A stretch of DNA of 64,000 bases from a virus. Taxonomy: Duplodnaviria > Caudoviricetes. The DNA lies in the IMG/VR virus record IMGVR_UViG_3300044630_003601, positions 1,101-65,100 of that record. One strand, written 5' to 3'. The notes under the pieces are model-generated. The model saw only the letters and a list, made by a program, of their open reading frames with translations. It was not told the DNA's origin and ran no database searches. Both the position numbers and the translations under genes were made by a program. Shown here piece by piece: positions 9,174 to 18,812 of the stretch; the stretch's first letter is position 1, and each line of letters starts with the position of its first letter.

Positions 9174-9204
9174 TTAAAAATTTTACTAAATTCTTAATAT
9201 TTAG

Positions 9205-9212
9205 TATATTTG
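9205..9212 (+). promoter_or_regulatory. -7 box TATATTTG upstream of portal
   Basis: TATATTTGACGTAAAAT, nearly identical to TATATTTGATGTAAAAT at 34695. Confidence 0.7.
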
Positions 9213-9230
9213 ACGTAAAATACAATCACA

Positions 9231-11624
9231 TTGGCAGATAGTCCGTTATTCATATCAGCAGCAAATAGCAATGGAGAAGCCTTAAAAAAGTTTCAAATTA
9301 CTACAGATGTAGCATCTAAAAAAGATTATGCATATGGTAAAAATGTTGCACAAAGTATCTATTCTACAATTTACGGTAACCAAACTTATTTTTGGTTAAG
9401 AAATAATAGATTTAGAAAAAACAGACAAATCGCAAACGGTAAAATAGACATGAGTGTGTTTATGGATCGTTTGGAGATGAATAGTAAAGCTAACTTTGTA
9501 AATATTAATTGGAAATCAATTATTATTGGTAATACAATTGTTGCAAGGTTAGTTGGCTCATGGATGAGTAGAAATGAAAAGGTTACAGTTACTGCTACGG
9601 ATAGCGCATCTGCAATGCTTAAAAAGAACGCAGCAGATGAAGCTGAATTTATTTATCAAAATAAAGAAATACTTGCTCAATTACAACAAGAGTCAGGTAT
9701 TCCAATTATTCCACAAGATCAATTTATTGCGGAAGATAAAGATGAATTAGATAGATGGATTAGTGAGTTTAATCATTTACCGGAGGAAATACAATATAGC
9801 ATTGGATGTAATAATGTATTAGAAGCTAATGGATGGAATGACGTTTTAAAACAAAGATTATTACATGATTCTGCGGAAGTAGGATTAGTATGTACTTATA
9901 CATTTATGGATGAAGAAGGTGAAGTTCATGTTCAATGGATTAGACCTGAAAATGCAATTTATTCTTATTCTGATTTCCCTGATTTTAGAGATACTACTTA
10001 TAGAGGACATATTTTGTCTATGAAAGTTAGTGAAATAAGAGCAAGGTATAGTATTGCCGCTGGCGGTATATTAACTGAAGAAGATATTTTTAGATTAGCT
10101 CAATCATCAAAAGAATACCAATTAACAGATAAGATTAAGTGGATGCAAGATTGGAATGTTTCTTGGTTAAGACCTTATGATGAATGGAATATTGATTTAG
10201 TTCAATTTGAAATTAGAACATTAGACTCTGATGGTTATACTGTTACTAAAACAAAGAAAAATGGTAGCACTATAATTAAAAAAGGCAAACCTGAAAAATT
10301 AGACGAAAATCAACAATATTTAGAAGAGAAAAAATGGAATATATACGAAGGTGTATATTGTCCTGTTACTCAGACAATGATTAAGTGGGGTATCAAGAAA
10401 AATATGATTCGCCCGCAAGATCCAAAAGAATTAGGAAACGCAGAATTTTCATATAGCTTTTATATGTACGACCCTTACGATATGCGTAATGTGGCTGTGC
10501 CTGAAAAAATAGAAGAGCCTATTGAGCAAATGATTTTAGCTAGATTGAAGATACAACAAATGGTAGCTAAAATGGTGCCAGCAGGCGCTTCAATTGATGT
10601 AGATGCTTTACAAGAACTAGATTTAGGTTTAGGGGATTCTGTAAAGCCATTAGAGGTACAAAAGATTTGGGAACAAACAGGTAAACTATATTATCGCGGT
10701 AGAGATGCTGAAGGAAATAGAATTCCTGTTCCAATTACCGAATTAGCAAATACTGGTTTTGCCCCTCAATTGCAAGCGTTAATTCAATTATATCAATTCC
10801 ATTATCAAGTTTTAAAAGATGAATTGGGAGAAGATCCTAATTTAATGAATCAAGCTGCGCAACCAAGAGTTGCCGCTTCAAACATTGAGGCTTCAAGAGC
10901 TTTAGCAAATAACGCTACAGAATACATGTATGATGCATATATCTATGTTATGGAAGAAACTTGCAAAAAAATCGCATGTTTATTAAATAAAAGTGTTACT
11001 TACGGGTCTAAAAAATATAGAGATATATTAAAGGAAGAAGATGTAAAAGACAGAAATTTTGTTGCAACAGTTAAAATGATGCCACAAGCTCAAGAAATTG
11101 CTAATTTGCAAATAATGATGAATAATGCTATGGCATCAAATCCTCAATTGGTTATGTATTTAGATCCATTTAAGGTAATGAGAATAGCTAAAGAAAATGT
11201 TGACTTAGGTGAATTATACTTTAGACAAGCTCAAAAAAGATATATAAAAACAGAACAAGAAAATGCTCAAAACAATTCACAACAAAACGCAGAAGCTCAA
11301 CAAGCTAGTATTCAAGCAAAAATGCAGGCTGATACAATAATTGATGGGAAAAGAGCTTTAGCTAGAGAAAAGGAAATTATATTACAAGGTGTTTTTGATC
11401 TTGCAAAAGCAAATATTCCTGTTCCAGCCGAGCTTCAGCAATTAGTAGCTGATACTTTGCAGAATGTAAATGTACCAATTGAGGTCCAAAATGAAGAGCA
11501 ACAACAAGCTTTAGAGCAGCAAGCTCAACAACAACAGCAACAACAAATGCAGCAAATGGGCGAACAAGAGCTTTTAGAAGAAGAACAAATGATGATGGAA
11601 CAACAACAAATGCAACAACAATAA
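9231..11624 (+). CDS. portal protein (TTG start)
   Basis: 797 aa after TerL; NINWKSI.I, YSY..DF.D..Y.G, WEQTG..YYR motifs as in podovirus/crAss-type portals; Gln-rich C-terminal coiled coil. Confidence 0.85.
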   Translation: MADSPLFISAANSNGEALKKFQITTDVASKKDYAYGKNVAQSIYSTIYGNQTYFWLRNNRFRKNRQIANGKIDMSVFMDRLEMNSKANFVNINWKSIIIGNTIVARLVGSWMSRNEKVTVTATDSASAMLKKNAADEAEFIYQNKEILAQLQQESGIPIIPQDQFIAEDKDELDRWISEFNHLPEEIQYSIGCNNVLEANGWNDVLKQRLLHDSAEVGLVCTYTFMDEEGEVHVQWIRPENAIYSYSDFPDFRDTTYRGHILSMKVSEIRARYSIAAGGILTEEDIFRLAQSSKEYQLTDKIKWMQDWNVSWLRPYDEWNIDLVQFEIRTLDSDGYTVTKTKKNGSTIIKKGKPEKLDENQQYLEEKKWNIYEGVYCPVTQTMIKWGIKKNMIRPQDPKELGNAEFSYSFYMYDPYDMRNVAVPEKIEEPIEQMILARLKIQQMVAKMVPAGASIDVDALQELDLGLGDSVKPLEVQKIWEQTGKLYYRGRDAEGNRIPVPITELANTGFAPQLQALIQLYQFHYQVLKDELGEDPNLMNQAAQPRVAASNIEASRALANNATEYMYDAYIYVMEETCKKIACLLNKSVTYGSKKYRDILKEEDVKDRNFVATVKMMPQAQEIANLQIMMNNAMASNPQLVMYLDPFKVMRIAKENVDLGELYFRQAQKRYIKTEQENAQNNSQQNAEAQQASIQAKMQADTIIDGKRALAREKEIILQGVFDLAKANIPVPAELQQLVADTLQNVNVPIEVQNEEQQQALEQQAQQQQQQQMQQMGEQELLEEEQMMMEQQQMQQQ

Positions 11625-11649
11625 TATAAAAAAATAAAAATAAATTAAA

Positions 11650-12033
11650 ATGGCAACCGTAAGTAAGCTTTTAATAAGACTACAAAAATTCAGTTCAAAA
11701 ATTAGTACAACTGTAGATGCAACTGAATCTTTTAACACAAATAATTCTTTTTATCAAGATTTATCTGGATGGGATTCAGCGGTAGTTCAATTTGTAGGAA
11801 CATCTGGAACAATTAATTTTAGCACTACAAATGATAATGGTTCTATTACAGGACAATTATTGCCAGCTCCAGAAGTGCCTATTAACTGGGTATCTGTCGC
11901 TGGTGTTAATTTAACATCAAAAGCTGATGTTACATCAATTGCCGCAAGTGGTATTGTTGCATTTGGTATTATTGGTAATTATTTGTTATTAGAAGGAGCA
12001 GTGGCTACAACAACAACAACAACAACAGCTTAA
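11650..12033 (+). CDS. putative head decoration/spike beta-sandwich protein with poly-Thr tail
   Basis: Beta-rich, lies in the head module, ends ATTTTTTTA. Confidence 0.55.
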   Translation: MATVSKLLIRLQKFSSKISTTVDATESFNTNNSFYQDLSGWDSAVVQFVGTSGTINFSTTNDNGSITGQLLPAPEVPINWVSVAGVNLTSKADVTSIAASGIVAFGIIGNYLLLEGAVATTTTTTTA

Positions 12034-12053
12034 TAAATAAAAATAGAAATAAA

Positions 12054-12671
12054 ATGGCAAATTCAATAGCATATGTATTATCTAGAAATACATACCCTGA
12101 TGCCTATCAGGCAAATCTTATAGGCGTTAGTCAAGGTACTCAAATTGTATATGCAACAACAAGTACATTATCATCAGCAAATGTATTATTTGCCGATAGT
12201 AGATTAACACAACCTATTTATGGGGATGGAACAAGTTGGTATGGTGTGCAATTATTAACAAATACTTCTGTTGTATATCCTATTACTATAAGTGAGAGTG
12301 GAGTGATAGCCATTGGTTCTGGAACTACAACAACAACAACAGCAGGTCCGACTACTACAACAACAACTGCTCCTACTACTACTACTACTACTACTACTGC
12401 ACCGACTACTACTACAACAACAGCTCAAGCTAGTATATTTGCAGTGCTTAGTCTTTCAAGTTGTGGTTCAGGAACAGCAACTCAAGTTCAGTTTACAACT
12501 GGAGAATCTTTATGTGATGCTCCTCTTGCAGTATCTGGGGATTTCTCAGGTATTCCTAATGATACTACTTTTTATATAGTATATAGTGGAATATCTAAAT
12601 CCTTTATCAAAACAAGTCCTACAACAGCAGATTATCTAGGAGGTCCTGCAAATGAATGTGTTACTTGTTAA
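12054..12671 (+). CDS. putative surface protein: domain + Thr-rich stalk + Cys mini-domain
   Basis: Four T6-T9 runs separated by AGP/AP; ends ECVTC. Confidence 0.6.
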   Translation: MANSIAYVLSRNTYPDAYQANLIGVSQGTQIVYATTSTLSSANVLFADSRLTQPIYGDGTSWYGVQLLTNTSVVYPITISESGVIAIGSGTTTTTTAGPTTTTTTAPTTTTTTTTAPTTTTTTAQASIFAVLSLSSCGSGTATQVQFTTGESLCDAPLAVSGDFSGIPNDTTFYIVYSGISKSFIKTSPTTADYLGGPANECVTC

Positions 12672-12674
12672 AAT

Positions 12675-12707
12675 AAAAAAAAAGAGCATATCACATAGAT
12701 ATGCTCT
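12675..12707 (-). terminator. perfect 10-bp hairpin with the U-tract on the antisense strand
   Basis: AGAGCATATC-ACATA-GATATGCTCT (12683-12707) preceded by an A-run. Confidence 0.55.
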
Positions 12708-12737
12708 ACATAAAAAATAGAAACCAAATCAGCATTT

Positions 12738-13907
12738 ATGCCAGAGAATACAGACATGTCAGCACCAATTACGCTGGCAGAAGGTTACAATCCGTTTTCG
12801 GATGAAAATGCACCACAAGTGCAACAGCAAGTAGAAGTAGCCCCTACTGCAACAAATGATGAACCAAATGAGCAACAGCCTCAAACAGTTCAAAATGATG
12901 AGCCAAATCAAGAACAACAAGTTTCATCACCATCTTTTGATCCAAACGAATTCGTTAGAGAAAGATTTGGTTTTGAAAGTGTTGAACAAGCAGAACAAGA
13001 ATTTAAAAAACTTAAAGAAACACCAAGTTTTGAATTCAAAGATGATGTAAGTAAAACATTGTTTGATGCCATTAAAGAAGGTAAAGCAGATGATGTTTAT
13101 GAAGTTTTGAACCAACAAAAAAGGTTGGAAAAATTAATAAATTCAGAGTTAAATACTGAAATTGCTGCCGAGATTGTAAAAACAAATATTAAAAACAAAC
13201 ATAAAAGTTTATCAAACGAAGATGTTGAGCTTTTGTTTTATGATCAATTTTTCGTACCTTTAAAACCTGAACAAGGTTATGATGAATCAGATGATGATTA
13301 TGCTGCAAAAGTAAGTCAATGGCAATCACAAGTTGATTACACTGAAAGACGATTGATGATAGAGGCAAAAGTTTTAAAGCCGGAAATTGAAAAATTAAGA
13401 AGCGAAATTACTTTGCCAGATATTTATAATGAAAGTGCTAAGCAGGCTGCATCTCAAGAGGAATTTGAGATAATGCAAGAAGCTAGGTCAATTTATGAAA
13501 GAACTTTAGATTCTGACTTCCAGTCCTTCAATGGATTTAATGTTTCGGTAAAAGACGAGGATGTTGAAATACCGATTTCATTTAATGTAGCTGAAGAAGA
13601 AAGATTGGCAATGAAGAATGATTTGGAGGATTTTGATACAGATTTATATTTTGAGAATAGATGGTTTAACAAGGAAGGGAAACCAAATGTTCAACAAATA
13701 ATGGCAGATAAATATCTGCTTGAGAATCGTGAAAAAATCTTTTCAAAAATAGCAAATGAAGCTGCATCTCAAAGATTGTTAGCTCATTTAAAAAAGAACG
13801 GGAATATTAATATCAACCAAACACCAACTCCACAAGGAGCGAAACCGGATCTTAATGGCATAGAAGCTGAAAGGCAGAGAATGGCAGAATGGGCCTTTAG
13901 TTCGTAA
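12738..13907 (+). CDS. putative capsid scaffolding protein
   Basis: Acidic, low-complexity N-terminus and coiled coils; directly upstream of the capsid gene. Confidence 0.7.
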   Translation: MPENTDMSAPITLAEGYNPFSDENAPQVQQQVEVAPTATNDEPNEQQPQTVQNDEPNQEQQVSSPSFDPNEFVRERFGFESVEQAEQEFKKLKETPSFEFKDDVSKTLFDAIKEGKADDVYEVLNQQKRLEKLINSELNTEIAAEIVKTNIKNKHKSLSNEDVELLFYDQFFVPLKPEQGYDESDDDYAAKVSQWQSQVDYTERRLMIEAKVLKPEIEKLRSEITLPDIYNESAKQAASQEEFEIMQEARSIYERTLDSDFQSFNGFNVSVKDEDVEIPISFNVAEEERLAMKNDLEDFDTDLYFENRWFNKEGKPNVQQIMADKYLLENREKIFSKIANEAASQRLLAHLKKNGNININQTPTPQGAKPDLNGIEAERQRMAEWAFSS

Positions 13908-13954
13908 CTTGTTATTGCCTTTGGAGGAGGCGTTAAAAAACAAAATTCAATATT

Positions 13955-15367
13955 ATGGCAGGAATACCTACCTCAAATATTTTGCAGCCGGGTAATATAT
14001 CGTTGCAAACCCAGAATAGACAACTTATGGTTGATCTACAATTATTAACTCCACAGTATTACAAGCAATACACTCAAAAGTATGGCAATGAAGATTTTAC
14101 TTGGTGGTTAGCTGCTCATAGCGGCATGGAAGAAGTTAAAAACTTAAATTACTTCTGGTTTGAAAACAGAGGTAAATTAATGCCGGGTGTTACTAACGAA
14201 TCTACAGTTGCTGCAGGCGTTGGTTCTACTTTAACTTTAACTTTAGGACAAGAAGCGTACTACAACAATGGTACTCAATCTCCATTAAGAGTTAACGAAA
14301 CTTTGCGTGTGGCTTCTTCTAACATTGAGGGTGTTATCATCTCAATTGACGATAGCGTAGCTTATGCATGGACTTTCCAAGTTGCACCTAAGCAAACATC
14401 TCAAAGATTTGCTTCTGCTGGTGTAAACTCATTGTTAGCAGGTGAGGTTTTATTATTCGGTGGTGATGCAGATGCTGGTGAAGCTTCTCAACAAATCAAT
14501 CCTTTAATCCAATTGGATCAAAGATATGATAACTATGTAACTGAAATTCGTGATGGTTGGTCTAACACTGACTTAGCGCAAATGGCTGAAACATATTATG
14601 AGTTCCCAGTATCTCCAGATATGGCTGCTAATGGCGTTACAGCTTTCACTTACAAGGGTATGTATAAGACTCTTGTTCGTTTCAAGAACAACGTAGAAGC
14701 AAAATTAATGCGTGGTGATTTACAAAATAACTCTGCAATTGATTCTAATTCTCAAGGTTCTGTAGGTATCATCCCTAAAGTAGTTGCTGACGGTGAAACT
14801 GTTGGTTACACTCCGGGTACTTTAGATATCCAAAAATTACACGAGATTACTCGTATCATGGACGTTAATGGTTGTGCTAAGCAATCTGCTTGGTTAACTG
14901 ACATCTTCCAAAGACAAGATTTCTCTGATGGTATCTTCGCTGCTTACCCAGCTGGTGCTTTCGTTTATGGACAAGGCGAGAAGTCTAAAGAAGCTTCTGT
15001 TGCTTATGGTTTCCAAGAAATCTTTATTGATGGATATTTATTATCTGTTAAGAAGTACTCTCAATTCAACACTGAGGTTACAACTGGTTTAACTCCAAAC
15101 GTTGATTACTTCCGTAATTTCGGTTTAATCTATCCAATGGGTGAAACTAAGGATGCAAAAACTGCTCAAGCTTACAAGAACATCACTATTATGTATCAAC
15201 AACCTCCTCAAGGTGGAACAGTTGGTAATGGTATTCGTGTATGGCAATTTGGTGGTGGATCTCCTAATCCAACAGATGGTACAATGACTAATCAAATTGC
15301 GATGATCACTTATCGTGGTACTCGTGTTTGTGCAGCAAACCAGTTCATTATCGTTCAAGGTAACTAA
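13955..15367 (+). CDS. major capsid protein
   Basis: 470 aa; strongly biased codon use (TTC/AAC/ATC/CGT); Y.QKYGN, YFWFENRGKL, E.KLM.G, G.IP.V...G; followed by a terminator. Confidence 0.85.
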   Translation: MAGIPTSNILQPGNISLQTQNRQLMVDLQLLTPQYYKQYTQKYGNEDFTWWLAAHSGMEEVKNLNYFWFENRGKLMPGVTNESTVAAGVGSTLTLTLGQEAYYNNGTQSPLRVNETLRVASSNIEGVIISIDDSVAYAWTFQVAPKQTSQRFASAGVNSLLAGEVLLFGGDADAGEASQQINPLIQLDQRYDNYVTEIRDGWSNTDLAQMAETYYEFPVSPDMAANGVTAFTYKGMYKTLVRFKNNVEAKLMRGDLQNNSAIDSNSQGSVGIIPKVVADGETVGYTPGTLDIQKLHEITRIMDVNGCAKQSAWLTDIFQRQDFSDGIFAAYPAGAFVYGQGEKSKEASVAYGFQEIFIDGYLLSVKKYSQFNTEVTTGLTPNVDYFRNFGLIYPMGETKDAKTAQAYKNITIMYQQPPQGGTVGNGIRVWQFGGGSPNPTDGTMTNQIAMITYRGTRVCAANQFIIVQGN

Positions 15368-15389
15368 TTAGTTATTTGAATATTTATCG

Positions 15390-15426
15390 GGTAGGGGCAA
15401 CTTTATTGATTGCCTCTACCTTTTTT
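15390..15426 (+). terminator. intrinsic terminator after the capsid gene
   Basis: GGTAGGGGCAA...TTGCCTCTACC followed by T6. Confidence 0.85.
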
Positions 15427-15445
15427 AACACTTAAAAACCATTTT

Positions 15446-16345
15446 ATGGCTAAGTTAAAGGCAAGATCAGTAGGAATATCAGATTCCAACTATTCAGTAC
15501 AAGGTGAAATAAAGGTACAAAGACAGTATGAAGAAGCAGCTCAAGCTATTGAATTAGCTCCTGCATCAAATAACGGTACTACTTTCAAAATTTTCAAGTT
15601 ATCAGATACTAAAAAAAATGGTAAATACCATATGGAAGGTATTGATGATGTATGGAATGAAAAGAAAGGCAGAATGGAAAGAATTAGACTTTTGAGAGGT
15701 TATCCAAGCATTTGGGTAGAGGATCAAAAAGGACTTGAAAAATCATTTGTAGAACAGAACAGAAGAAGCTTAATCTTTGACCGCAGGGTATTAAGAGTAG
15801 CTGATTATGATGTAGAAGCACTTGAGTTTTTAAATCTTTGTAATGCTAATTTAGACAATGCAAATAGAAAAGGAACTAGAAAAATCACATTCTTCCAATG
15901 GAATCCACAAAGAACTGCGGAGCTTGAAAGAGCAAAACGAGTTGCTAAGGTTGAAGCTATTAAATATGCTTCATTAGCTAGTGACGAGGAAATGCGCAAA
16001 CATTGCAATTTCTTAGGAATTTCGTTTGTAGATGATTTAGGTATGCCTAAGTCTATGGAGGCTTTAAGAAATGACTATGAACTTTATGCAGAAGCACAGC
16101 CTAATAAATTTATGCAAAGTGCTGGTACTAAAGAAGTTGAAATAGCATTTATAGTTAAAAAAGCTTTAATTGACAATAAAATTGACACTACTACAAAAGC
16201 GGGTTCAGCTTATTGGTCAAATAATGGTGGTTTTATCTGCAAAATTCCAGCAGACAAAAAGCCACAGAATTATTTGGTTGATTTCGCAATGTTCCCTCAA
16301 GATGAGAGTAAAGCATTTTTAGAGCAATTAAAGAAATTAATGTAG
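15446..16345 (+). CDS. conserved-position hypothetical protein after the capsid gene
   Basis: The track start (15410) lies inside the terminator, so ATG 15446 (MAKLKARS) is more likely; RIRLLRG.PSIWVEDQ motif. Confidence 0.75.
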   Translation: MAKLKARSVGISDSNYSVQGEIKVQRQYEEAAQAIELAPASNNGTTFKIFKLSDTKKNGKYHMEGIDDVWNEKKGRMERIRLLRGYPSIWVEDQKGLEKSFVEQNRRSLIFDRRVLRVADYDVEALEFLNLCNANLDNANRKGTRKITFFQWNPQRTAELERAKRVAKVEAIKYASLASDEEMRKHCNFLGISFVDDLGMPKSMEALRNDYELYAEAQPNKFMQSAGTKEVEIAFIVKKALIDNKIDTTTKAGSAYWSNNGGFICKIPADKKPQNYLVDFAMFPQDESKAFLEQLKKLM

Positions 16346-16367
16346 TTCTTTCCCCTCTAAATAAAAT

Positions 16368-16401
16368 AAGCCCTGTAGCCTAAAAATTACGGGGCTTTTT
16401 T
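16368..16401 (+). terminator. intrinsic terminator
   Basis: AAGCCCTGTAG...TTACGGGGCTT followed by a T-run. Confidence 0.8.
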
Positions 16402-16403
16402 CG

Positions 16404-16411
16404 TATATTTG
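16404..16411 (+). promoter_or_regulatory. -7 box TATATTTG upstream of the tail module
   Basis: TTTCGTATATTTG, the same 13-mer as at 24023-24035. Confidence 0.7.
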
Positions 16412-16428
16412 TTGTATAACTTATTCCA

Positions 16429-17124
16429 ATGAATGTTAATGATATGTATCGTATTTGTCAGTTTGCAGTTAATAAAGCGCAAAATGGCTATTTGACTCCA
16501 TCTGAATTTAATCTTGTTATAAATCAAGCACAAGTTTCATATCAAGACTACTTGTTGGGCGAGTTTCAGCAATATCAATATGGCAGACCTCAAGCTAGGG
16601 TTAGTTATAGCCAAAATCAAAATATTAGACAAAGGTTAACCCCATTGATTGCAGAGGCTACATTAACAATAAATAGCACAACCGGTCAATCACCTTATCC
16701 AGTTGATTATTTGCAAACAGATGCAATTATAACACCAGCTTTTAAGAGAGTTAGATATTCTCAACAAGATACTTTGTATTCTTATTACAATAGCGAAATT
16801 GATCCAATTGCAACTAATCCTATTTATTTATTAGAGCCTGCTGGATTTCAGTTTTATCCTGTAACACTTGGGAGTGCCATTTTAACTTATGTAAAAAACG
16901 CACCTGAAATAGTTTGGGCTTATACAACTGTAAGCGGTAGGCCTTTTTATGCTCCTACTCAAACGGGGTCAGGAGTTACTCCGACAACAGGGACAGTACA
17001 GCCAGTATGGGATGACGTAGATTTATTAGAAATAATATCTAGGGCATTAAAATTAATTGGCTTAAATTTACAAGACGGACAAGTGCAACAATATGCTAAT
17101 CAAGTAACACAAATTGGGCAATAA
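16429..17124 (+). CDS. putative tail ring/head-tail adaptor protein
   Basis: MNVNDMY......NK.QNGYLTP.EFN....QAQ N-terminus; first gene of the tail operon. Confidence 0.65.
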   Translation: MNVNDMYRICQFAVNKAQNGYLTPSEFNLVINQAQVSYQDYLLGEFQQYQYGRPQARVSYSQNQNIRQRLTPLIAEATLTINSTTGQSPYPVDYLQTDAIITPAFKRVRYSQQDTLYSYYNSEIDPIATNPIYLLEPAGFQFYPVTLGSAILTYVKNAPEIVWAYTTVSGRPFYAPTQTGSGVTPTTGTVQPVWDDVDLLEIISRALKLIGLNLQDGQVQQYANQVTQIGQ

Positions 17125-17756
17125 TGACTAGAAACGCATTTATAGAAAGAATATTAAGACAGATTTATAATGGGCAACCATCTGATGATAGCAGCATTAC
17201 TTATAATCTAGTTAATCAATGGCTTAATGATGCTGTTGGTGCAGTTGTTAAAAAGAATTATACAGATAGCATCCAATTAGATGGAGTAGCTTATGTAAAC
17301 AATTCATTTTATACTACATTCACTAATTTAGATATTGCAGCTGAACTTGTAGATAATGTAACCTATAGTGTTGATTTACCAATCATTCCAATAGCGTTAG
17401 GCAAAAATGAAGGTATTGCCACTTTGCAGTTCGTTGGTGATAAGAAAACATCACAAACAGCTATTCCTTTAAGTATGAATCAAGTAGCTTATCAAGAGCT
17501 TTTAAGACCTATTCAAAATAAAATAGTTTATTGGATTGAAGGTAAAAATATTTACATTAAAAGTTCAATTCCATTAACTAGCTATAAAGCTACAATTAGA
17601 ATGATTAGTGGTGGAGATTCAACTGATTTAAATTCAACATTAATTGTGCCTGATGATTACATGCCATTTATTGTTGAATACATAAGAGGGCAACTAGCTT
17701 TTGAAAGATCAAGACCAATAGACACAAGTAATGACGGAGTAGATAACAACAACTAA
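17124..17756 (+). CDS. putative tail ring protein
   Basis: TAATG coupling; helix / beta / C-terminal VPDDY helix layout like other ring proteins. Confidence 0.55.
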   Translation: MTRNAFIERILRQIYNGQPSDDSSITYNLVNQWLNDAVGAVVKKNYTDSIQLDGVAYVNNSFYTTFTNLDIAAELVDNVTYSVDLPIIPIALGKNEGIATLQFVGDKKTSQTAIPLSMNQVAYQELLRPIQNKIVYWIEGKNIYIKSSIPLTSYKATIRMISGGDSTDLNSTLIVPDDYMPFIVEYIRGQLAFERSRPIDTSNDGVDNNN

Positions 17757-17763
17757 ATAATAT

Positions 17764-18036
17764 ATGAAACCAATTAGAGATTTTGTTTTAGTAAAACCAT
17801 TTGCACCAGAAGAAGTTACCGAAGGCGGACTATTATTGCCAGAAGGGTATAGAGAAAGAAATTGTAAGGCAAAGGTAATTTCTGTAGGTAACGGAACGGC
17901 TAAAGTTAAAATGGAAGCTAAAAAAGATGATATTATTTTCCATATTAAAGGAGCAGGGGAACCAATTATATTAGATAATGAACTTGTTTTCTTAATTCGT
18001 CAAAACGATATATTAGCTTACGCATCAAATAATTAA
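17764..18036 (+). CDS. groES: co-chaperonin GroES (Cpn10)
   Basis: MKPIRDFVLVKP...EVTEGGLLLP...AKVISVGNG...D.I.F....G........IRQNDILA. Confidence 0.88.
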   Translation: MKPIRDFVLVKPFAPEEVTEGGLLLPEGYRERNCKAKVISVGNGTAKVKMEAKKDDIIFHIKGAGEPIILDNELVFLIRQNDILAYASNN

Positions 18037-18038
18037 AT

Positions 18039-18809
18039 ATGTCACAAGTTAGAAATTATATAACACTAGATTCTGTAATCAATGATTATATTGATGAAAG
18101 TGAACAATCCGTACACAAATACGCTAAATTATACAATATAGCTGTAAGAGGTATGGAGAAGTTAGGACTTGACTTTTTTTATAAAATAAGAACAGTTAAA
18201 GTTGCTATTGATACAACAAATTATACGGCTCAGTTGCCTAATGATTATATTAGTTATACTAAGATAGGTGTATTAAATTCAGTAGGAGAAATTATCCCAT
18301 TGAAGTTTAATAACAAAATGACATATTATGCAGATCAACAGCCAGATAGATTGGCATTGACTCAAGATAATACTTTGGCTACATGGTATCAATCAGATTT
18401 GCCATTGTGGTTTAATTATTGGGATGGATATGGTTTCCAAAATATTTATGGATTACCAAGTGGCTCTCCATTTGTAGGTCAATTTAATATTGATGATTCA
18501 AATGGTGTGGTTCTTTTAAATCAATATTTTTATTATTCTTATTTGATGATAGAATATTTATCCAGTGGTAATCCGGAAGAAACTTTTTCTATACCTATTC
18601 AATTTAGAGAGGCATTGCTTTCATGGTTAGCTTGGAGGGATATAGCTAGCATGCCAAGTACAAGAAAAGGCAACTTAGGGGATAAAAGAGATAGAAAGCA
18701 AGAATTCTATAATCAAAGAAGAATTGCTAATGCTCAATTTAAACCATTGTATTTAATGCAAGCTTACGAACAAAATTTAGACACTCAAAGAATGACTGTT
18801 AAGGCATAA
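18039..18809 (+). CDS. putative tail ring/tubular protein
   Basis: Y.TLD.VINDY, LP.DY..YTKI, EYLS.G, IP..F.EAL..W.AW; lies directly before the muzzle-like gene. Confidence 0.6.
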   Translation: MSQVRNYITLDSVINDYIDESEQSVHKYAKLYNIAVRGMEKLGLDFFYKIRTVKVAIDTTNYTAQLPNDYISYTKIGVLNSVGEIIPLKFNNKMTYYADQQPDRLALTQDNTLATWYQSDLPLWFNYWDGYGFQNIYGLPSGSPFVGQFNIDDSNGVVLLNQYFYYSYLMIEYLSSGNPEETFSIPIQFREALLSWLAWRDIASMPSTRKGNLGDKRDRKQEFYNQRRIANAQFKPLYLMQAYEQNLDTQRMTVKA

Positions 18810-18812
18810 AAA

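Noticed and set aside
11490-11624. Gln/Met-rich portal tail as a prion-like or novel element
   Set aside because: Gln-rich coiled-coil C-termini are ordinary in podovirus-type portals
12313-12579. Poly-Gln/Leu ORF overlapping 12054 (similarly 23296..23544)
   Set aside because: Alternative-frame reading of the ACN poly-Thr tract
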